Origin: Clostridia bacterium
Lineage (GTDB): Bacteria; Bacillota; Clostridia; TANB77; CAG-465
Direction of reading: 5' to 3'
Assembly: GCA_051886195.1 (NCBI GenBank)
Contig: JBJEXW010000005.1
Location: 1,360 to 65,359 of the forward strand
Length of the DNA stretch: 64,000 bases
Each line of letters starts with the position of its first letter. The stretch's first letter is position 1. This document shows positions 48,980 through 59,535 of this stretch, in pieces. Below the pieces are notes generated by a model. That model had not been told where the DNA came from. It saw only the letters and a list, made by a program, of their open reading frames with translations, and made no database searches. The translations under genes were made by a program, and so were the position numbers.

Positions 48980-50428
48980 ATGATAGTTATGAATAATTAT
49001 TATGACGTGATTGTAGTAGGTGCTGGACCAAGTGCTGTTTTTTTAGCGTATGAAATGCTAGCTTTAAATAGTAAAAAGAAAGTACTTATTATTGAAGAAG
49101 GAAAAAGTGTTGACAAAAGAAAATGTCCAATTGAAAAGACTGGTAAATGTGTCCATTGCAAACCAATGTGTAACATTACTTGTGGCTTTTCTGGTGCGGG
49201 TGCTTTTTCAGATGGTAAATTATCATTATACAACAAGGATGACGATGAACTTCATGTTGGTGGTATTCTTCATGAGTATATTGGAGTAGATGAAACAAAA
49301 AAACTAATAGACTATACAGATAATATATATCTTAAGTTTGGTGCTGATACTCATTTAGAAGGAACTGAGTTTAAAGAGGAAGTTAAAAAAATTTGTGCTA
49401 AGGCAAAGAAAGAAAATATTACATTAATAGACATTCCAATTAGACATCTTGGAACAGAAAAAAGTCATGAACTATATTTTAAAATTCAAGAATACTTACT
49501 AAAAAATGGAATTAATATTATGTTTGAAACTGCTGTTAAAGATTTAATTGTTGAAGATAACAAGATAAGAGGAGTAAAAGTACAAAAATCTAAAGATTAT
49601 GTTGAATCAAAGGAAGAATGTGAAGAGATATATTCAGACAAAGTAATACTTGCAGTTGGAAGAAAAGGTGCAAATTGGCTTGTAGATATGTGTGAAAAGC
49701 ATGATATAAAAACTGAAAGTGGAACAGTAGACATAGGTATTAGATATGAATTACCAGATAAAATTATGGAAAAAATAAACAAGTATATGTATGAAGGAAA
49801 ATTTATAGGTCGTGTAGGAAGATATAAAGATAAGGTTAGAACTTTTTGTCAAAATCCAAGTGGCTTTGTATCAACTGAAGTATATGATCATAATATAACA
49901 CTTGTAAATGGTCATTCATATAAAGAAAAGAAAAGTAATAACACTAATCTAGCAATACTTGTATCGCATAATTTTAACTATCCTTTTAATAAGCCAATTG
50001 AATATGGTAGAAACATTGCTAAGAATTTAAATGAAATTGGTGCAGGAAAAATAGTTGTACAAAGATTAGGAGATATTTACAGAGGAAAGAGAACATGGCC
50101 AGAAGAACTTGAAAATAATTCAGTAGTACCAACTCTTAAAGATGCTCAACCTGGAGATTTAACTTTTGCTTTAGGATATAGAACAGTTACTAATATTTTG
50201 GACTTTATTCAATCAGTAGATAAAGTAGTAGAAGGATTTGCTGCTCCAGATAACTTATTATATGGACCAGAGATTAAGTTCTACAGTAATAAAGTAAAAA
50301 TAAGTAATAAATTTGAAACAAGTATTGAGGGATTATACTCTATTGGAGATGGTGGAGGCATGACAAGAGGATTAATGATGGCTTCCTGCTCTGGTGTACA
50401 AATGGCAAGATTTTTAGAGGAGGAATAA
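48980..50428 (+). CDS. FAD-dependent oxidoreductase (uncharacterised family with N-terminal Cys cluster)
   Basis: VGAGPS, CP..K.KC..CK..C, GAGAFSDGKL, RTFCQNP, IGDGGG; the ATG at 48989 may be the real start. Confidence 0.85.
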   Translation: MIVMNNYYDVIVVGAGPSAVFLAYEMLALNSKKKVLIIEEGKSVDKRKCPIEKTGKCVHCKPMCNITCGFSGAGAFSDGKLSLYNKDDDELHVGGILHEYIGVDETKKLIDYTDNIYLKFGADTHLEGTEFKEEVKKICAKAKKENITLIDIPIRHLGTEKSHELYFKIQEYLLKNGINIMFETAVKDLIVEDNKIRGVKVQKSKDYVESKEECEEIYSDKVILAVGRKGANWLVDMCEKHDIKTESGTVDIGIRYELPDKIMEKINKYMYEGKFIGRVGRYKDKVRTFCQNPSGFVSTEVYDHNITLVNGHSYKEKKSNNTNLAILVSHNFNYPFNKPIEYGRNIAKNLNEIGAGKIVVQRLGDIYRGKRTWPEELENNSVVPTLKDAQPGDLTFALGYRTVTNILDFIQSVDKVVEGFAAPDNLLYGPEIKFYSNKVKISNKFETSIEGLYSIGDGGGMTRGLMMASCSGVQMARFLEEE

Positions 50429-50431
50429 AAT

Positions 50432-50662
50432 ATGACTGTAGAAGTTGGAAAAAAGTATAGACATTTTAAAGGACATATTGTTGAAGTTATTGCGATTGGA
50501 ACTAATACTGAAACAATGGAAGAAATGGTTGTTTACAAGCATTTGGAACAAAATAAAGTATGGATTAGACCACTTGAAATGTTTGCAGATGAAAATGACA
50601 TTAGTTCTAGAGCGGATAATATTACAGGTCAAAAAACACGATTTGAAGAATATAAAGGGTAA
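50432..50662 (+). CDS. DUF1653 domain protein
   Basis: GKKYRHFKG, TETMEEMVVYK, WIRPLEMF, RF. Confidence 0.88.
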   Translation: MTVEVGKKYRHFKGHIVEVIAIGTNTETMEEMVVYKHLEQNKVWIRPLEMFADENDISSRADNITGQKTRFEEYKG

Positions 50663-50707
50663 GATAATAAAATCTTACCTTTTGTAATTTAAAAGAGGAG
50701 GTTTAGT

Positions 50708-51313
50708 ATGGAGAAAATAGTAATGGCAACTAATAATAATGGAAAAATAAAAGAATTAAAGGAAATGTTAAAAGATTACATTGTTTTGTCTCAAAAAGAG
50801 GTAGGAATAGATGATTTAAATGTAGAAGAAAATGGAAATACTTTTATAGATAATGCAATAATAAAAGCAAATTCAATTAAAGATGTTATAAAAGAAAAAA
50901 TGTATATTATTGCAGAAGATTCAGGAATTTGTATAGAATGTTTAGAAGGATATCCAGGAGTAAAAAGTAAAAGAGCACCTTGTGAAGAATTAAATAAAGA
51001 AGTGACAGATTTTGAAAGAAATGAGTTTTATATTAATAAAGTTGGAGATAATAATAATAGAAAAGTAATCTGGCAAACAGCAATTGCTTTAATAGAACTA
51101 GATGGTAGCTTAAAAACTTTTGTTGGCCAAGTAGAAGGGCTAATACCTAAAAAACAAATTGGAGACAATGGGTTTGGTTTTGATCCAATATTTTATATTT
51201 CAGAAGAAAAAAAGACTTTAGCACAAATGAGTTATGAAGAAAAAGAAAAATATAGTGCTAGAAAAAGAGCTGTTGAAAAATTAGTGAAATATTTTGAACA
51301 AAAAAATAAATAA
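50708..51313 (+). CDS. rdgB: Non-canonical purine NTP pyrophosphatase (RdgB/HAM1)
   Basis: ATNNNGKIKE, EENGNTF.DNA, EDSG, GFGFDPIF. Confidence 0.88.
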   Translation: MEKIVMATNNNGKIKELKEMLKDYIVLSQKEVGIDDLNVEENGNTFIDNAIIKANSIKDVIKEKMYIIAEDSGICIECLEGYPGVKSKRAPCEELNKEVTDFERNEFYINKVGDNNNRKVIWQTAIALIELDGSLKTFVGQVEGLIPKKQIGDNGFGFDPIFYISEEKKTLAQMSYEEKEKYSARKRAVEKLVKYFEQKNK

Positions 51314-51385
51314 ATATATAAAAATATTTTGCTTTTTTTATCTTTATGATATACTATAAAATATAAAGATTATGGAGGAAGATAT

Positions 51386-52597
51386 ATGAAAGGAAAAAGT
51401 GGAATTTCAAAGATAGCAATTGTACTTATAGTTGTTGTGGTATTAATATTAATAGCTGTAGGTACATTCTTAACAATTTGGCTTATACAAAGAAATAATA
51501 AAGCTCCTGTTGAAGTAGAGCTTTATGAAGATTATGTTGAAGGTGAAGGATTTGTTGCAGATGAGGATTTAACTGGAGAGCAAATGACTCCTCTTGCTGC
51601 AGGGCTTAAAGAATATAGAAACGATGAATTAGGAATAAGATTTGGATATTTAGAATCAATGCAAACACCTATAGATGAGGAAACAGAAGATGGTACATAT
51701 GTATCAACTATGAATGATGAAGCAACAGGAACAGCAGTTGTATTAAGAGTTGGAAAAATTGATGTATCACAAACAGATATAGATCATATAAGTAAGCAAA
51801 AAGAAGCTCTAACTCAAGAATTAATTAAAGCTGAAACAAAAATAGTTGAGGTAGAAGAAGATGGAGAAATGGTTCAAAAGACTATAGTTCCAGAAAAAGT
51901 ATCAAATATAGAAACATCTTATGCTTTATTTGCTAATCAACTTGCGGTTAGATTAACTTATACTGAGAATGGAAAGAAAGCTACAAGAATACTTACAATT
52001 CAGGACAATTATGTATATTCATTAACATATAAAGCAGAGCCAGATAGATACAAAACAACAGAAGAAGATAAGGTGTTTAATAGCTTTGAATTTATATCTA
52101 AAATTGATGATGTTCAAAAAAGTGAATTGAACACAGTTATAATCAATGATAAAGAATATACTCTTCCAATTAAGCAAACTAAATTTGAAGGACTAACTGT
52201 TGATACTAAATATGCTAAACAAAAAATTCAACCAAATTATTTTACAATAGTATCACTTTATGAATTACAACAACCAAAATATAGCGCTTATGTATATAAT
52301 GCTAAAGCAAGTGTTGACGATATAGGAGAAGGATATATAACAGCTATTTCTACTGATGTAAATAGAGGTGGAAACATTAAAATATATAAAGGAATCGAGA
52401 TTGGAACAACATATGAAAAAGTTAATGAATTACTAGGAAGTCCAGCAAAGCAATATACTTCTGAAGACGATTCAACACTTACTAATATTTACCAAATCGA
52501 AGGAGTTACAATGCAACTTAAATTTAGAAATGATGATTATTCTAAGCCTAATAATTCATCAAAAGTAGTATCAATTTTACTTAAAGTTGCAAGATAA
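51386..52597 (+). CDS. Membrane-anchored extracellular protein with a PsbP/DcrB-like domain
   Basis: N-terminal TM; LGIRFGY and ILTIQDNYVYSLTY resemble the PsbP-like fold. Confidence 0.6.
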   Translation: MKGKSGISKIAIVLIVVVVLILIAVGTFLTIWLIQRNNKAPVEVELYEDYVEGEGFVADEDLTGEQMTPLAAGLKEYRNDELGIRFGYLESMQTPIDEETEDGTYVSTMNDEATGTAVVLRVGKIDVSQTDIDHISKQKEALTQELIKAETKIVEVEEDGEMVQKTIVPEKVSNIETSYALFANQLAVRLTYTENGKKATRILTIQDNYVYSLTYKAEPDRYKTTEEDKVFNSFEFISKIDDVQKSELNTVIINDKEYTLPIKQTKFEGLTVDTKYAKQKIQPNYFTIVSLYELQQPKYSAYVYNAKASVDDIGEGYITAISTDVNRGGNIKIYKGIEIGTTYEKVNELLGSPAKQYTSEDDSTLTNIYQIEGVTMQLKFRNDDYSKPNNSSKVVSILLKVAR

Positions 52598-52798
52598 ATT
52601 ACAAAAAAGACAAACTAGTTTTAGTTTGTCTTTTTTACACGTAATAATAATGTAATAAAGTTCAAATTTTTCTGTAATAAAAAATATAAACCATATAAAA
52701 AAATACTAAAATAGTGTACATTATATGTTTGTTTATTATAAAATAGCATTGGGAGAATTTATGAATAATAGTTTCTTGTTAGAAAGGATGATTTATAT

Positions 52799-55700
52799 AT
52801 GAAGAAAAAGGTATTATTTTTTAATATTATACTTACAATATTATTAGCAGTTGTTTCTTCCAATGTATATGCAGAAGGATATGGGCCAGATCCTGAACTT
52901 CAATTTCCTTCATTAGCAGAAATTGAAGATGAAATTAAATCTGGAATTTCAAGTTATGCAAATATGAATGGATATGAATATTCTGCTATTTATGGAATAG
53001 ATTTTGCATTTAGATATAGTTGGAATGATGGAAGTTATGGATATAAAAGAAATTGGAATGAAGGAATGCCAACAAGTGTGCCTTCAAATCCATTCCCTTT
53101 TGATGTAAAGCAAACAGATAAGCCAGAGGCTATGTTTGTATTAGCCTTATCGAGTAATGCTAGTAGCTTGAATAAAAGATATGCTATTGCATATACAGCT
53201 GGATATTGTGTAGGTTGGGGTGTTCCTTTTGGGGAATATGAAGTAGATAATTCAATAACTTCAACTAAAATGAAAGAATATGATTATCACCAACTTAAGA
53301 AAAATAGAAATGGTGATCGTCTAACAGATGAAAATATTAGAGCAGTTAAATATGTATTGACATATGGATATAACTATCCAATTGTTTCAGCAGCAGAAAT
53401 AAACAATGCTGTTGGCTCAAGTAGAACTTCAGTAGTTGATGGTATTCATTACTATGGAAGTGAAACTGTAAAAGATAGTCAACCAAACGCAATGGCCACT
53501 CAATTTTTATGCTGGGTAGCAGCTAATGGCTATATAGAAGATGATGCAAAAAGTAAAATAATTGAAGACTATTTCTTTGAAAACAGTTGGTCTGGAAATA
53601 ATAATATAAAAACTGATGGAGTACCACAAATATATTATAGTTATAAATCCAATATTGTAAAAGCAATGAAAATGCCGTCTTATTCAAGTAGTTCTTCAAA
53701 TGAATCTTTAAATAAAAAAATAGAATTAGGATGGAATGAAGCAAATCAAAGATTTGAAACTAATGTAAAAGATACTTATGCAATGAATCAAGCTTCAAAA
53801 GTAAATATTAGTTATGAAGGACAAGATTCTTCATTACATTTTGAGCAAAACTCAGATGGTTCAGTTACTATATGGACTAAAAGCGTAGTTGGTTCAAAAG
53901 AATCACCTAATACATTTAAAGTTGTAAAAACAATTAGCGACGCAAAAGACGCAATAATTACAGCTAAAGCATCAGATACAGATCATCAGCCAATTGCTGT
54001 ACCAAAAGAAGGAATAATTAGAGAAGAAAATTATATTTCTGTATACACACAAGCTTTAAAAATTAAAGTGCATAAAGTGTTAAATTCTGTAAATGGATGC
54101 TATGGTGATGCAACAACAAAAGATTGTGAATTTACAATTTATGAAGATGAAGAATGTACAAAAGAAGTTGCTAAAATTGTTGTAGATGAAAATGGTAATT
54201 CACCGAAGACTAAGTATTTACCATATAAAACATATTATGCTATAGAAACTAAAAATAATGCTTCTACAAAACCTAATACAAACAAATATGTAATTGATCC
54301 TACTAAAGCAGCTTTAGATGTTGATGGAGACTTAGTTTATACATTTGAAGCAAGTAACGATATTGTTCTTACTTCACTTAGAATGATTAAATCAAGACAA
54401 AATGGAGATAATACAGAAAATTCTCCAGCATATGGCGCTGTATTAAGATTAACTTTACAAAGCAATCATAATGAAACATATTCAGTTGCAATAAATAAAA
54501 CAGGATTTGCTGAATTTAGTAATATCCCATATGGAATATATACTTTATCTGAAGATGATGCTGCATCAGATGTTCATTTAGAAATTGACGAGAAAACAAT
54601 TGAACTTACAACATCAAATGAAATAAAAATATATAAAACAATAATTCAAGATAAGAATTTCACAACTTTTGTAAAAGTTGTAAAAATTGATGCTAAAACA
54701 AATTCTGAAATTAAGCTTGCTGGAGCAAAATTTAAAATATATGATACAGATAAAAAAGAGTTTGTAAAATTTGTTTTATCACCAAGTGGTGAAACTGATA
54801 CTTTGGTTACAAATGAAGATGGATATTTTATTACACCACAAACATTATATGGTGGAAATTATGTATTATATGAAGTTGAAGCACCTAAAGGATATTATTT
54901 AGATCCTAAATATACAATTCCTGAAAACGAAAAAGATTTAGGAGATGTAACAAAAGGTGGAATAGAACTAAATCTAACTAAGTTGTTAGAAGTAGAAGAA
55001 ACAGATGATGAAAAGTTAATTTATACTATGAAGGTTAAAGAAGAACCTTTAATGGGAAAAATAGAAGTTGAAAAAACTGGTGAAATGCTTGTTGGATATA
55101 CTGAAAAAGTTAAAGAGGCAAATAATGGAGAAGAGTATGTGATAACAGAGCCTCGTTACGAGGAAAAAGGCTTAAAAGGAGTTCAATATACTATAACAGC
55201 AAAAGAAGATATAAAATCTCCAGATGGAACTCAAACATATGTTGCTAAAGGAAAACAATATATTATAGAAACAGATGAAAATGGATATGCAATATCTCAA
55301 GATTTATATTTAGGAACATATGAGATAACAGAAACAAAAACACCATTAGGTTATGTAACAGACAAAAATATTCCAGATATAACATTGGAAAATAATGATC
55401 AGACAAAGAGAATAGAAGTTTCAAATAAAAAAATGTTCAATCCAAAACAAAAAACAGAAATAAATGTTGAGAAAATTCTTGAAACTACAAAATTTAAATA
55501 TGATAAAATTAATGTTGTATTAGGATTATATACAGATCAAGAATTTAAAACTTATGATGGTAAATATACTGTAATGAGAAAGGATACATTAGTAGATGTA
55601 GTATATGGAGAAGTTGAAGCTGGAAAAACTTTAAATTTAAAATCAAATGTAAATCTTCCAGCAGGAAAATACTATTTTAAAGAATTAGATGTAGATTATC

Positions 55701-57019
55701 CATATTCAATTTCTCAAGATAAAACAGAAGTTGTTGTATCACATAAAAATACAAATGATGAAACATTATACATTGATGGTATAAGTATTACTAATATTAT
55801 AGATAGTGTTGCTGAATTTGGAATTATTAAGCTAAGTGCAACAGATTTAGTATTAAAGGAAAACCAACCATTAGTTGGTGGCAGATTAACAGATGAACAA
55901 ATAGATCAAAATAGATCTGCTATGTTACAATGGTTAAAAGTTCAAGAACCAAGTAAAATTAAAGAAGTTCTTACTTCAGATATTGAAATTGAAGACGAAG
56001 ATGATAGATATATGTATATTTTAAGTCATACATCTTTGAAATCTGGAGCTGTATATGAAATATATAAAGATGAAGATTGTAAAGAAGCACTTAAGTATGA
56101 AGATGGTAAAATAGTTACTATTGAAACAAATAAAAAAGGTTTTGGAAGTATTGAGGAGTTACCTCTTGGAGAATATTGGCTAAAAGAGATAAAAGCACCA
56201 GTAATTATGGTTGGAACAAAAGAGGTTACAGCAGATATTGATGAAAATCCAAAACAAGTAATTTTAACTCTAGATAATAAAGATCAATTATTATATACAA
56301 TATATGTAGATACTGTGCCAATTTCAAAATTTACAAAAAGAGATATATTTACAAGTGAACTGGTTCCAAATTGTACTTTTGTAATCAAAGACAAAGATGG
56401 AAATGAAATAGTTCAGGCCACAACAGATGAACATGGAAAATATGAGTTATATTTAGATTGGTTCAAACAAGGAGATACATATACATATACTGAAATAGAG
56501 GCACCGGATATATATGAATTAAATACAGAACCACATGTATTTAAAGTTGAGTTTGATGAAAAAGGAAATTTCACTCCAATTGAAATAACTAATACTAGAA
56601 AGACAAGAGAAGTAATAGTAAGAAAAGTGGATTCAGAAACAGGTGATCCACTAGAAGGTTGTGTATTTACAATAGCTTTAATAAACGAAAAAACAGGAGA
56701 ACAAATATATGATGCATTAACTGGAGAACCAGTATATCTAGTAGAAAATGCAACAACAAATGAAAATGGAGAATTTGTAATAGAAAAAGCACCAATGGGA
56801 ACATACAAATTTACAGAAATAAAAGCTCCAGAAGGATACGAGTTAGACGAAGACTTAACTGGATTAGTATTTACAATAAACAATGATTCTCCAGAAACAA
56901 TAATCTTTGAAGTAACAAATACAGGAGACATACCAGTAGTAACAATAGCTTTCATAAGCTTAGTATGTGTAGTGGGAATAGTAATTGTTGCAATTAAAAA
57001 CAAAAAACAAATAGTATAG
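52799..57019 (+). CDS. Large cell-surface adhesin: thioester-like domain + SpaA/Cna-B repeats + C-terminal sorting signal
   Basis: Signal peptide; GYCVG and TQFLCW; repeated K.D..T...L.GA.F and Y...E.KAP.GY motifs; VTNTGD + TM + KNKK tail. Confidence 0.88.
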   Translation: MKKKVLFFNIILTILLAVVSSNVYAEGYGPDPELQFPSLAEIEDEIKSGISSYANMNGYEYSAIYGIDFAFRYSWNDGSYGYKRNWNEGMPTSVPSNPFPFDVKQTDKPEAMFVLALSSNASSLNKRYAIAYTAGYCVGWGVPFGEYEVDNSITSTKMKEYDYHQLKKNRNGDRLTDENIRAVKYVLTYGYNYPIVSAAEINNAVGSSRTSVVDGIHYYGSETVKDSQPNAMATQFLCWVAANGYIEDDAKSKIIEDYFFENSWSGNNNIKTDGVPQIYYSYKSNIVKAMKMPSYSSSSSNESLNKKIELGWNEANQRFETNVKDTYAMNQASKVNISYEGQDSSLHFEQNSDGSVTIWTKSVVGSKESPNTFKVVKTISDAKDAIITAKASDTDHQPIAVPKEGIIREENYISVYTQALKIKVHKVLNSVNGCYGDATTKDCEFTIYEDEECTKEVAKIVVDENGNSPKTKYLPYKTYYAIETKNNASTKPNTNKYVIDPTKAALDVDGDLVYTFEASNDIVLTSLRMIKSRQNGDNTENSPAYGAVLRLTLQSNHNETYSVAINKTGFAEFSNIPYGIYTLSEDDAASDVHLEIDEKTIELTTSNEIKIYKTIIQDKNFTTFVKVVKIDAKTNSEIKLAGAKFKIYDTDKKEFVKFVLSPSGETDTLVTNEDGYFITPQTLYGGNYVLYEVEAPKGYYLDPKYTIPENEKDLGDVTKGGIELNLTKLLEVEETDDEKLIYTMKVKEEPLMGKIEVEKTGEMLVGYTEKVKEANNGEEYVITEPRYEEKGLKGVQYTITAKEDIKSPDGTQTYVAKGKQYIIETDENGYAISQDLYLGTYEITETKTPLGYVTDKNIPDITLENNDQTKRIEVSNKKMFNPKQKTEINVEKILETTKFKYDKINVVLGLYTDQEFKTYDGKYTVMRKDTLVDVVYGEVEAGKTLNLKSNVNLPAGKYYFKELDVDYPYSISQDKTEVVVSHKNTNDETLYIDGISITNIIDSVAEFGIIKLSATDLVLKENQPLVGGRLTDEQIDQNRSAMLQWLKVQEPSKIKEVLTSDIEIEDEDDRYMYILSHTSLKSGAVYEIYKDEDCKEALKYEDGKIVTIETNKKGFGSIEELPLGEYWLKEIKAPVIMVGTKEVTADIDENPKQVILTLDNKDQLLYTIYVDTVPISKFTKRDIFTSELVPNCTFVIKDKDGNEIVQATTDEHGKYELYLDWFKQGDTYTYTEIEAPDIYELNTEPHVFKVEFDEKGNFTPIEITNTRKTREVIVRKVDSETGDPLEGCVFTIALINEKTGEQIYDALTGEPVYLVENATTNENGEFVIEKAPMGTYKFTEIKAPEGYELDEDLTGLVFTINNDSPETIIFEVTNTGDIPVVTIAFISLVCVVGIVIVAIKNKKQIV

Positions 57020-57031
57020 TAAATAATAGAA

Positions 57032-57068
57032 AATAAAGGACTAATAGTTAAGATATTAGTCCTTTATT
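57032..57068. terminator. Terminator after the adhesin gene
   Basis: AATAAAGGACTAATA / TATTAGTCCTTTATT inverted repeat. Confidence 0.7.
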
Positions 57069-57128
57069 ATTTGACAATCAAGTAATGAAATTATATAATT
57101 TAATATATGAATTAGTGGAGGAAGAAAA

Positions 57129-57866
57129 TTGGCTAGAAGATTTATTGTAAATAAAGAAGATATTAGATATTTGCCTGAAAGCGATGAATATACTATTAAA
57201 GGTAATGAGGTAAAACATATTCAGGTTTTAAGACATGATATTGGAGATAATATTACTATTAATAATGAAATATATGAAATTACTAAAATGAAAAAGGATG
57301 AAATTACTTTAAAATATATTAAAGAAGCACCACTTAAAGGTATACCTAAAGTTAATATTACACTTTATATGGCTTTTTTAAAATCAGATAAGATGGATTT
57401 TGTAGTTCAAAAAGCTGTTGAAATTGGTGTAAAGAAAATTGTACCTTTTTTTTCAAGTAATGTTATTGTAAAGTTAGAGGACAAAGACAGAATAAAACGT
57501 AGACAAAAACTACAAAAAATTGCAGATGAGGCTTGCAAACAATGTGGAAGAATGGACATTGTTGAAGTAGAAGAATTTGAAAACTTTCAAGAACTAAAAA
57601 ATACAATTGAAAATGAAGAAAAAGTATTCTTTGCTTATGAGGCATCTGAAGACTCTTTAAAAAGAGAGATAAATGTTACAAAAGAAAATAAATATAGCAA
57701 TATTGGAATAATAATTGGTGCAGAAGGTGGATTTACTCCAAAAGAAGCAAATGAATTAGAAAAAATAGAAAATGTTTCATGTGTAAGTCTTGGAAAAAGA
57801 ATATTAAGAGCAGAGACTGCAGCATTAAGTTTATTATCTATTTTAATGTATGAAATGGAGGAATAA
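57129..57866 (+). CDS. rsmE: 16S rRNA m3U1498 methyltransferase
   Basis: HIQVLR, QKAVEIGV, EACKQCGR, IGAEGGF, LGKRILRAETA; TTG start. Confidence 0.95.
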   Translation: MARRFIVNKEDIRYLPESDEYTIKGNEVKHIQVLRHDIGDNITINNEIYEITKMKKDEITLKYIKEAPLKGIPKVNITLYMAFLKSDKMDFVVQKAVEIGVKKIVPFFSSNVIVKLEDKDRIKRRQKLQKIADEACKQCGRMDIVEVEEFENFQELKNTIENEEKVFFAYEASEDSLKREINVTKENKYSNIGIIIGAEGGFTPKEANELEKIENVSCVSLGKRILRAETAALSLLSILMYEMEE

Positions 57867-57869
57867 TAT

Positions 57870-58883
57870 ATGGGAGTAATAATTTATCCAGAAAAAATAA
57901 AGCCTAATGATACTATAGCAATTACAGCAGTATCTATGTCTGCAAATGTTGAAAAGATAGATTTAGCTATAGATAATTTAAAAGAGTTAGAACTAAAAGT
58001 TATAGAAACAAAAAATGTTAGAAGTGATGGAATAGTAAGCTCAGAGGGAAAAGAACGAGCAGAAGAGTTATTAGAACTATATAAAAATCCAGATGTAAAG
58101 TATATTATTGCAGCACGTGGTGGAGAATTTTTAATGGAAATGTTACCATACTTAGATGAACATAAAGATATAATAAAGAATAATCCCAAGTGGTTTCAAG
58201 GCTTTTCAGATCCCTCTCTTTTAAATCTATATATTACTACAAATTTCAATATAGCAACAATTAACATGGAAAATGTAAGTGAATATGCTATGAAACCGAG
58301 ATTTAAATCTATACAAAATTCATTAGAATTTATTTTTAGTAATGAAAAGGAATTTACACAAGAAAGTTTTGATAAATATCAAAAAGAAGAATTTGAATAT
58401 GGAAATACAAAAGGATATAATCTAACGGAAGATAATATATATGAATGTGAACAAGGAAATGTTACTTTCAAAGGAAGAATAATAGGTGGTTGTATTGATA
58501 CTTTTAATTTAATCGCTGGTACTAAAATGGATAATATAAAAAATTTTGTATCACAATTTGATGAGGAAGGCGTAATTTGGTATTTTGATAACTGCGAATT
58601 ATCTCCTTGTGAATTTTATAGGAGACTTTGGTATATGGATCAAATGGGATATTTTAAAAATGTAAATGGCTTTCTAATTGGTAGATCATTTGTTCAAAGA
58701 AATGATAATGATTCATTCAGCTTTAAAAGTGCTGTAGAAAGAGCTTTAAAAAAATTTAACGTTCCAATAATATATAATGTGGATATTGGGCACATTCCAC
58801 CACAAATGTATATTATAAATGGCTCCTATGCTGAGTTTGAATTTAATGACGGAAAAGGTAAACTAATTCAAAGACTTGTATAA
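57870..58883 (+). CDS. S66 family peptidase (LD-carboxypeptidase/MccF-like)
   Basis: ARGG, GFSDPS (Ser nucleophile), GRIIGGC, DIGHIPP. Confidence 0.9.
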   Translation: MGVIIYPEKIKPNDTIAITAVSMSANVEKIDLAIDNLKELELKVIETKNVRSDGIVSSEGKERAEELLELYKNPDVKYIIAARGGEFLMEMLPYLDEHKDIIKNNPKWFQGFSDPSLLNLYITTNFNIATINMENVSEYAMKPRFKSIQNSLEFIFSNEKEFTQESFDKYQKEEFEYGNTKGYNLTEDNIYECEQGNVTFKGRIIGGCIDTFNLIAGTKMDNIKNFVSQFDEEGVIWYFDNCELSPCEFYRRLWYMDQMGYFKNVNGFLIGRSFVQRNDNDSFSFKSAVERALKKFNVPIIYNVDIGHIPPQMYIINGSYAEFEFNDGKGKLIQRLV

Positions 58884-58911
58884 ATAATAAGAATGTGGAA
58901 TAGTGGAATAA

Positions 58912-59484
58912 TTAATTATTCCACATTCCTTTTTTATTATCTTTTGCATATTTTTGAGCAGCATCTAAATAATTCTGAAATAATATATCTGGTTTATAAT
59001 ATTTGCTTTCTGCAAGTCCTTCATTGCAAAGAGAATAGTTAAATAAGTATTTAGAAATATTTTCATCATTTACTTCATAAATTTTTTCTGTCCATACATA
59101 TCTTAGGAGTCTATCGTATTGATCTGTATTTGACACATCTTTTTGTAAAAATACCATTTTATTCAAAAGTTTTTCGGTAGTATATTCTGTGGCTTCTTTT
59201 CCATATGGCTCTATTTGTTTAGTATATTCAGGGCAATCAATCCCAATAAGTCTTACTTTTTCTTCTGTATTGCCTAATTTAACCCATATTGTATCTCCAT
59301 CTACTACTTTGATAACATATGCTTCTTCAAGTTGAATATCTTTAGAATTGATAATAGCATTATTCACATTTTCATCTAAAGATAAATCTTTTTTATTTAA
59401 TTCATCTTTTAAGAAAAAAGAAACTATCAAAGCAAATGTTATAATTAAGATAAAACAAAATAGCTTTTTTAAAAATTTTTTCAA
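58912..59484 (-). CDS. Thermonuclease (staphylococcal nuclease-like), membrane-anchored
   Basis: VVDGDTI, VRLIGIDCPE, DQYDRLLRYVW, EGLA. Confidence 0.92.
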   Translation of the reverse strand: MKKFLKKLFCFILIITFALIVSFFLKDELNKKDLSLDENVNNAIINSKDIQLEEAYVIKVVDGDTIWVKLGNTEEKVRLIGIDCPEYTKQIEPYGKEATEYTTEKLLNKMVFLQKDVSNTDQYDRLLRYVWTEKIYEVNDENISKYLFNYSLCNEGLAESKYYKPDILFQNYLDAAQKYAKDNKKGMWNN

Positions 59485-59535
59485 ATTTAATCACCAATAA
59501 TATTATATATTATTTATTATAAAAATCAAACTATA

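Noticed and set aside
54000-56930. Repeats in the adhesin as a CRISPR array or DNA tandem repeat
   Set aside because: Similarity is at the protein-domain level within one ORF; there are no identical DNA repeats with spacers.
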